From a bacterium (GTDB lineage Bacteria > Arandabacterota > Arandabacteria > Arandabacterales > JALGWA01): a stretch of DNA of 11,236 nt. The stretch is from NCBI GenBank assembly GCA_050125095.1, contig JASFEA010000102.1, forward strand, positions 1 to 11,236. Reading direction: 5' to 3'. The notes under the pieces are model-generated. The model saw only the letters and a list, made by a program, of their open reading frames with translations. It made no database searches and had not been told where the DNA came from. Positions 6,071 through 11,236 of the stretch are shown one piece after another. How positions within the stretch are numbered: the stretch's first letter is position 1; each line of letters starts with the position of its first letter. The translations under genes and the position numbers were made by a program.

Positions 6071-9000
6071 ATGGGTAGGACTGCATTCATCATAGGGGCC
6101 GTGGCGGCCCTATGGGCCGGGCCGGTTCAAGCTGCTCCGACGGGTACCGCCATCTGGGCGCGAGCAGGGTGGGATACGCCGCTCTATAACGAGTGGACCG
6201 GCATCTCCTTCGGCACGCCCGAAGGCATCGACCCCGTGGGTGAATGGCGCATAATATCCGGAGCCGCTTCCCCGACAGAAGACGACATCGTGGCGGCAGG
6301 CGTCTGCGAGAGCGGCGAAATCACGATGACCATGTGGAACGGCTATCAGTGGGCCGACATACCCTGGAACCCGCTGTCCACCGTGGACCAGACTTACTGG
6401 TGGAGCTGCGCCGTCGCTTACGAGCAGCAGAGCGGGACGGCCATGGTGGTCTACGTAGACAACTCCGATGGGCTCTCGTACCGCCTGGGGAACAGCATAT
6501 CATGGGTCGGTCCCTATTCGATTACGCTGCCGGTTGCCGGCACGCCGCGCCAGCTCAGGCTCGTCTCCAATCCCCTGTCTGATGAGATGGTGCTCGTCGT
6601 GAGCAATGAGTACAGCCAGGATTATGCCCTGGTGTGGAGTGGCTCGGCCTGGGGAAACCCAGAGGTCCTCGACCCCTCAGGTGCCGGGGATGACAGAACC
6701 GACATTTTCGCGGCCTATGAAGAGGTCAGCGGGCATGCGCTTGTGACGTTCGGAAGGGGCGCCCCGAGCGTCTACTACCGGACCTGGGACGGCTCTACCT
6801 GGAGCGCAGTCGACTCGCTCGCAAGGGCCATCGGCAGCCTGGGCGACGTCAGATGGACTACACTGGCGGCTGACCCGACGAGCGACAGGATAGTGCTTGG
6901 AGTGCTGACGACGGCAGCCGATGTCTGGCTGAGCGTCTGGGACGGCGACGCGTGGGGTCCGAGGCAAACCGCAACGGAATTCGCTCATGGGACAACCTTC
7001 CCCAATGTCGCCGTGGCCTTCGAGGGCCTTTCTGGAGAAGCCCTGGCCGTTTATGGAAACGGAACCACCCGCGTTAGGCACCGCATCTGGAGCAGCGCTG
7101 CCGGCTGGTCCGGACCGCTCGACGGCCCGGTCTGCGGCGGCGTTCCCAACTCCATGACGCTGGATACCTGCCCCGGCTCGAACTCTATAATGCTGGCGGT
7201 GCAGGACGACTCCCGCGAACTCAACTACGCGCTCTGGAGCGGGACCTTCTGGGGGCCGCCCGACAACCAGGGCTCGGATACGGGGGAATACAAGAACCAG
7301 CCTTTCCTCTTCCTGTGGGACAAGTATGAAAGCTCCTCGGGCGGGACGGACTACTACGTATCGACCGGGGGCGACGACGATAACGACGGCCTGAGCCCCG
7401 GCAGCGCCTGGGCTACTCTTGACAATGGCGATCAGAAGGGCCTGCTCGTACCCGGGGACACCGTCAACATTCTCCCGGGTACGTACCACATCGACGGCAC
7501 GGTTCAGCTTAAGACCGACGGCGCTCCAGGCGGAATCATAACCTACCGGAGGCTGGGCGAAGGCGATGTCGTACTCGACCGGGACGGCGGATCGGGTGTC
7601 GCGGTCAAGATGGAAGGCATGTACGCCTCTCTCTATGGAATTGAGATCACGGGCACGACTGACGAGGGTTTGGATCTCAAGGCGGGCTTCTGCGCAGTTA
7701 CCGAATGCTACGTGCACAATACGGGCAAGGCCTGCTTCAGAATTGAGGCCAGCGACTGCCTGCTCCTCAAGAACATTGCGGCGTACTCCGACGCGGAGGG
7801 GTTCAAAAACGAGGGGGGTGCCCACCGAACCCGATACTACGGCAACACGGTCTACCAGAACGCCAAGAAGGGCATCGAACTCAAAGAGGACGACTGCCAG
7901 GTCATTAACAACATCGTCGCGGGCAATGACGACGGCATCTCCGGGGACGCCGACAACATCATCGTCTGCAACGATGTCTGGGATAATAACAACGACTTCG
8001 CCGGGGGCGCCGCCGACGACAGCGGCGGAATATCGGCCGACCCGCTGCTGGTGGACCCCGCCGGCGGCAACTTCTATCTGGGGTACGGTTCGCCGGCCAT
8101 AGACGCCGGGACTTACAGATACTACCCCTACGAGGGGCACGCTACGGATATGGGCGCCTTGGAGTCCTGCCCGGGAGCCGTTCGCGACGAATTCACCTTG
8201 CAGCTGTATTCCAACAGTGACGGCAATGAGCCCTGGAGCGGGGCCTGGGAGGAGATAGGGGAGGCCGACGGGCCCGCCAGCGGCCAGGTGGTGGTCGGGG
8301 ATTACGCCGGCTGCTGTCCCGACCCGTATTGCCTGGCCCTTGAGGGCGAAGGGGGCGCGACACCCGGCAATTTGGGCGCGCAGCGCGAGGCGGACCTCAC
8401 GGGCGCCACCTTCGCCTACCTGTCATACTCCTATATGCGCCATCCGGACGATGGCTATTCCGCCGACCAGCCCGCGCTAGTCCAGGTATCGGGCGACGGC
8501 GGCTTCACCTGGCATACCCTCCAGAGCATCCCGAGCGGGACGGACGCCGGGTGCATTCCGATGGTCCACGACATATCCGACTATATCGCACCCGATACCA
8601 AGATCGGATTTATCACCAACTCGGCATCGGCGATAGACGGCTCAATATGCTTTGACGACATACAGATCCAGTATGACGGAGATTGCGATACTACAGCAGA
8701 GCTCGCCAGCCTCGAGATTGTGCCTTTCTACGACCCCATATATGCCGACTCAACCTACGAGTTCGGCGTCATCGCCACCGACGGCGAGGGCGACCCGGCG
8801 GACCCGGGGCCGCTGGAGTGGTCGCATACATTCTCCTCGGGTTCGATAGACACCGAAGGCGTTTTCACGCCTCAGTATATGGGAACCGGTGAAATCACAG
8901 TGACGGCAACCGACTACGGCCTGAGCGACGTTTCCGAGACCATGACGGTCGCGGCGGGGGCCTTAGACAGCCTGTTCGTGAGCCCCATGCACGACACGGT

Positions 9001-11236
9001 CTCGGTGGGTTCCACGCGGCAGTTCACAGCGACCGGCCAGGACGCCAAGGGCAACCCTGTAGACAGCCTGGGCGTGCTCACGTGGGAGGTGCTGGGCGGA
9101 ATCGGGAACATCGACTCCACCGGGCTCTTCGACGCCGGCGCGCCGGGCAGCGGCTTCATCCAGGTGACGAGCAGCCTGGGGCCGAGCGCCGTAACCGACA
9201 CCATAAGCGTGGTATCCGGTGAGGCGGCCTACATCGCGATAACTCCCGACGAAGCGATTATAAGTTCCGACAGCACGCTTCAGTTCATCTGCACTTCATA
9301 TGACGCTGAGGGCTATCCCACCACACCGCAGCTCATCCCGGAATGGCGCGTCTTCGGGGGCATGGGTACCATCGACGACGAAGGCCTCTTTACGGCGAAG
9401 AAGACCGGCGAGGGCAAGATAATAGCGACGTGCGGAGAGCTTGCCGACACCACGGGCACCATAAGCGTGATACCCGGCAGCATAGCCTTCATCGACGTCA
9501 CTCCCGACACAAGGACCGTGTCCGAGGGCGCGAACGTGACTTTCTTGTGCAAGGCCTATGACGCGGATTCCAATTTCGTGTCGACTATCACGACGCTGGT
9601 CGATTGGAGCACGACCGACCCGTCGGGTTCGATAACAGGACAGGGAGTCTACAGGGCGGGCACGGACCTTTCTCCGCCCGACTACTATGTGATCGCCACG
9701 TACTCCAGTTTCGCCGACACGTCTTTTTTGACCGTGATCTCCGACGGCACCCTCAGATACATCCGCGTAGAGTGGGAGGACGGCACCCCAGTTACGGATA
9801 CCACCTTCACCACGGACGACGACGGCCCTGTCGTTTACTGCCGGAGCTATGACTCGGCGGACAGCCTTATCGGCGACGAGACAGTCGATTGGGAGCTTCT
9901 GGACGACCCCATATGCGACCTGTCGGCCGAGTCCGGCACATCCACCGCACTGACCATGCATACGCCCGGGACGGGCAGGCTGCAGGCGACGCTGAAAGCC
10001 TCCGTCCAGACTGCTTCGGGCGACATAACCTGCCTGCCCGGAGAGCCGGTCGGCCTCATCGTCAGCCCGCCGTCCGCAGTCATCGCATCGGACAGCACGC
10101 TTGACTTCGACTGCGTGTCTGTCGACGCCGACGGCAACGCGACGACGCCCCAGGTCGAGCACGAGTGGAGCGTTCTCGGCGGAATCGGGGGCATCACAAC
10201 GGCGGGGCTTTTCACGCCCGCTGCGGTCGGTACGGGCTACGTGGTGGCCACGGGCGGCGCGCTGGCTGATACGGCCGCGGTAGTGGTGGTACCCGGCCCT
10301 CTCGACAGCCTGGCCATCACGCCGTTCAAAGAAATCATATCCGCCGACTCGACGCGACAGTTCCTTGTCTCGGGCTTTGACAACAGGGGCTTCCCGGTTG
10401 GCGAACTCGGTACGCTCACATGGAGCGTGCTGGGCGGCATAGGCACAATAGACGCAGACGGGCTATTCACAGCCGTCACGGCTGGGTACGGCTACATAAA
10501 AGTGCAGAGCAGCCTGGGAGTTTCCGCGCTTACGGATACCATCACGGTCGTACCCGGAGAGGTCGTATTCATAGACGTGGTGCCCTCGGCGCAAATCGTC
10601 GTCGAGGATTCTTCATCCCAGTTCTCGGCTCTCGGCTTCGACGCCGACTCCAACCTGGCAGGCGATTACAGCGCCCAGTCGGACTGGTCGACCAGCGACC
10701 CTTTGGGCTCGGTGACCGGCTCGGGTCTCTATACGGCGGGCACGGATATATCTCCGCCCGTCTATTATGTCACGGCCAGCCTCGACCTGCCGGTGGGGGC
10801 GCTGCATTCGGCGACCGACTCCGCCGCGGTCACTGTCATCACCAGCGGAAGCCTGAGCTATATCCGCATCGAATGGCCCGGCGGCACGCCCGTCAACGAT
10901 ACTACTCTCACCACGGATGACGACGGCACGAGCATGTACTGCCGCGCATATGACTCGGGCGACAATCTCATAGGCGACGCGGCCGTAAACTGGTCCATGA
11001 TTACAGATGACTCCGTCGGCACGGTCGGGACCGGGCCGGCCGCGAGCACCGCGCTTAAGCTAGTGAGGACGGGCACGGGCAGGGTGCGGGCGGCATTCGG
11101 CCCCGGCATCTCCGATACCACGGGTATCATTACCTGCGTGGCCGGCGCGCCCGCGAGGCTCGTAATCTCTCCCGATACCGCCACGGTGACAGCCGGCGCG
11201 TCCATTGCTTTCGAGACCTCGACATACGACGCAGAC
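6071..11236 (+). CDS. Giant secreted modular surface protein/adhesin (beta-propeller + right-handed beta-helix + jelly-roll + Ig-like repeats), >1722 aa, 3'-truncated by the window edge
   Basis: Manual translation is open from ATG 6071 (in-frame TAG at 6053-6055 bounds it upstream; GGGGTG RBS-like at 6055-6060) to the window end; missing from the ORF track. Signal peptide MGRTAFIIGAVAALWAGPVQA|A. WxGxxW repeats 6134-7321. Beta-helix 7352-8164, from YYVSTGGDDDNDGLSP..PGDTVNILPGTY to DPLLVDP..NFYL..GSPAIDAG..DMGALE. Jelly-roll-like VRDEF..FDDIQIQY 8180-8674. Ig-like repeats from 8702. Confidence 0.92.
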   Translation, partial: MGRTAFIIGAVAALWAGPVQAAPTGTAIWARAGWDTPLYNEWTGISFGTPEGIDPVGEWRIISGAASPTEDDIVAAGVCESGEITMTMWNGYQWADIPWNPLSTVDQTYWWSCAVAYEQQSGTAMVVYVDNSDGLSYRLGNSISWVGPYSITLPVAGTPRQLRLVSNPLSDEMVLVVSNEYSQDYALVWSGSAWGNPEVLDPSGAGDDRTDIFAAYEEVSGHALVTFGRGAPSVYYRTWDGSTWSAVDSLARAIGSLGDVRWTTLAADPTSDRIVLGVLTTAADVWLSVWDGDAWGPRQTATEFAHGTTFPNVAVAFEGLSGEALAVYGNGTTRVRHRIWSSAAGWSGPLDGPVCGGVPNSMTLDTCPGSNSIMLAVQDDSRELNYALWSGTFWGPPDNQGSDTGEYKNQPFLFLWDKYESSSGGTDYYVSTGGDDDNDGLSPGSAWATLDNGDQKGLLVPGDTVNILPGTYHIDGTVQLKTDGAPGGIITYRRLGEGDVVLDRDGGSGVAVKMEGMYASLYGIEITGTTDEGLDLKAGFCAVTECYVHNTGKACFRIEASDCLLLKNIAAYSDAEGFKNEGGAHRTRYYGNTVYQNAKKGIELKEDDCQVINNIVAGNDDGISGDADNIIVCNDVWDNNNDFAGGAADDSGGISADPLLVDPAGGNFYLGYGSPAIDAGTYRYYPYEGHATDMGALESCPGAVRDEFTLQLYSNSDGNEPWSGAWEEIGEADGPASGQVVVGDYAGCCPDPYCLALEGEGGATPGNLGAQREADLTGATFAYLSYSYMRHPDDGYSADQPALVQVSGDGGFTWHTLQSIPSGTDAGCIPMVHDISDYIAPDTKIGFITNSASAIDGSICFDDIQIQYDGDCDTTAELASLEIVPFYDPIYADSTYEFGVIATDGEGDPADPGPLEWSHTFSSGSIDTEGVFTPQYMGTGEITVTATDYGLSDVSETMTVAAGALDSLFVSPMHDTVSVGSTRQFTATGQDAKGNPVDSLGVLTWEVLGGIGNIDSTGLFDAGAPGSGFIQVTSSLGPSAVTDTISVVSGEAAYIAITPDEAIISSDSTLQFICTSYDAEGYPTTPQLIPEWRVFGGMGTIDDEGLFTAKKTGEGKIIATCGELADTTGTISVIPGSIAFIDVTPDTRTVSEGANVTFLCKAYDADSNFVSTITTLVDWSTTDPSGSITGQGVYRAGTDLSPPDYYVIATYSSFADTSFLTVISDGTLRYIRVEWEDGTPVTDTTFTTDDDGPVVYCRSYDSADSLIGDETVDWELLDDPICDLSAESGTSTALTMHTPGTGRLQATLKASVQTASGDITCLPGEPVGLIVSPPSAVIASDSTLDFDCVSVDADGNATTPQVEHEWSVLGGIGGITTAGLFTPAAVGTGYVVATGGALADTAAVVVVPGPLDSLAITPFKEIISADSTRQFLVSGFDNRGFPVGELGTLTWSVLGGIGTIDADGLFTAVTAGYGYIKVQSSLGVSALTDTITVVPGEVVFIDVVPSAQIVVEDSSSQFSALGFDADSNLAGDYSAQSDWSTSDPLGSVTGSGLYTAGTDISPPVYYVTASLDLPVGALHSATDSAAVTVITSGSLSYIRIEWPGGTPVNDTTLTTDDDGTSMYCRAYDSGDNLIGDAAVNWSMITDDSVGTVGTGPAASTALKLVRTGTGRVRAAFGPGISDTTGIITCVAGAPARLVISPDTATVTAGASIAFETSTYDAD
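8702..11236 (+). repeat. At least 10 tandem Ig-like (Big_2-like) coding repeats of about 85-99 aa
   Basis: Units start at 8702, 8960, 9221, 9479, 9749, 10043, 10298, 10559, 10850 and 11147 (partial). Shared pattern: I/V-x-P..F....D..G/S-N....W....G.I...G.F/Y....G.G.I/V....D-T..V..G. Confidence 0.85.

Noticed and set aside
6244..11205. All ORF-track calls in this span, including 6677..8140 (-) 487 aa and 9296..10162 (-)
   Set aside because: They overlap the single continuous + frame from 6071, which has coherent domains.

Overview
GC-rich bacterial DNA with five supportable protein-coding genes. Two of them run off the window edges and are missing from the ORF track. (1) <1..1106 (-): a secreted clan CD (legumain/C13-like) cysteine peptidase with a TDHG motif and an acidic DxDxDG-rich insertion. 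(2) 1688..3430 (-): a secreted 7-repeat FG-GAP + ASPIC/UnbV protein with a C-terminal FlgD-Ig/T9SS-like sorting domain. (3) 3736..5493 (+): a divergently transcribed putative regulator with an N-terminal HTH, a central solute-binding-protein-like region and a C-terminal Zn-ribbon. (4) 5524..5889 (-): a small secreted beta-rich protein. (5) 6071..>11236 (+): a giant secreted modular surface protein of more than 1722 aa (propeller, beta-helix, jelly-roll, at least 10 Ig-like repeats). Four near-consensus sigma70 promoters and a possible sigma28-type promoter are readable. The 580-bp intergenic region 1107..1687 is rich in potential RNA structure. The FlgD/T9SS-like tail and dense D-S/T-hydrophobic motifs suggest an FCB-associated lineage (inference). 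No rRNA, tRNA, CRISPR array or mobile element was seen. All domain calls come from manual translation and motif recognition, not from database searches.
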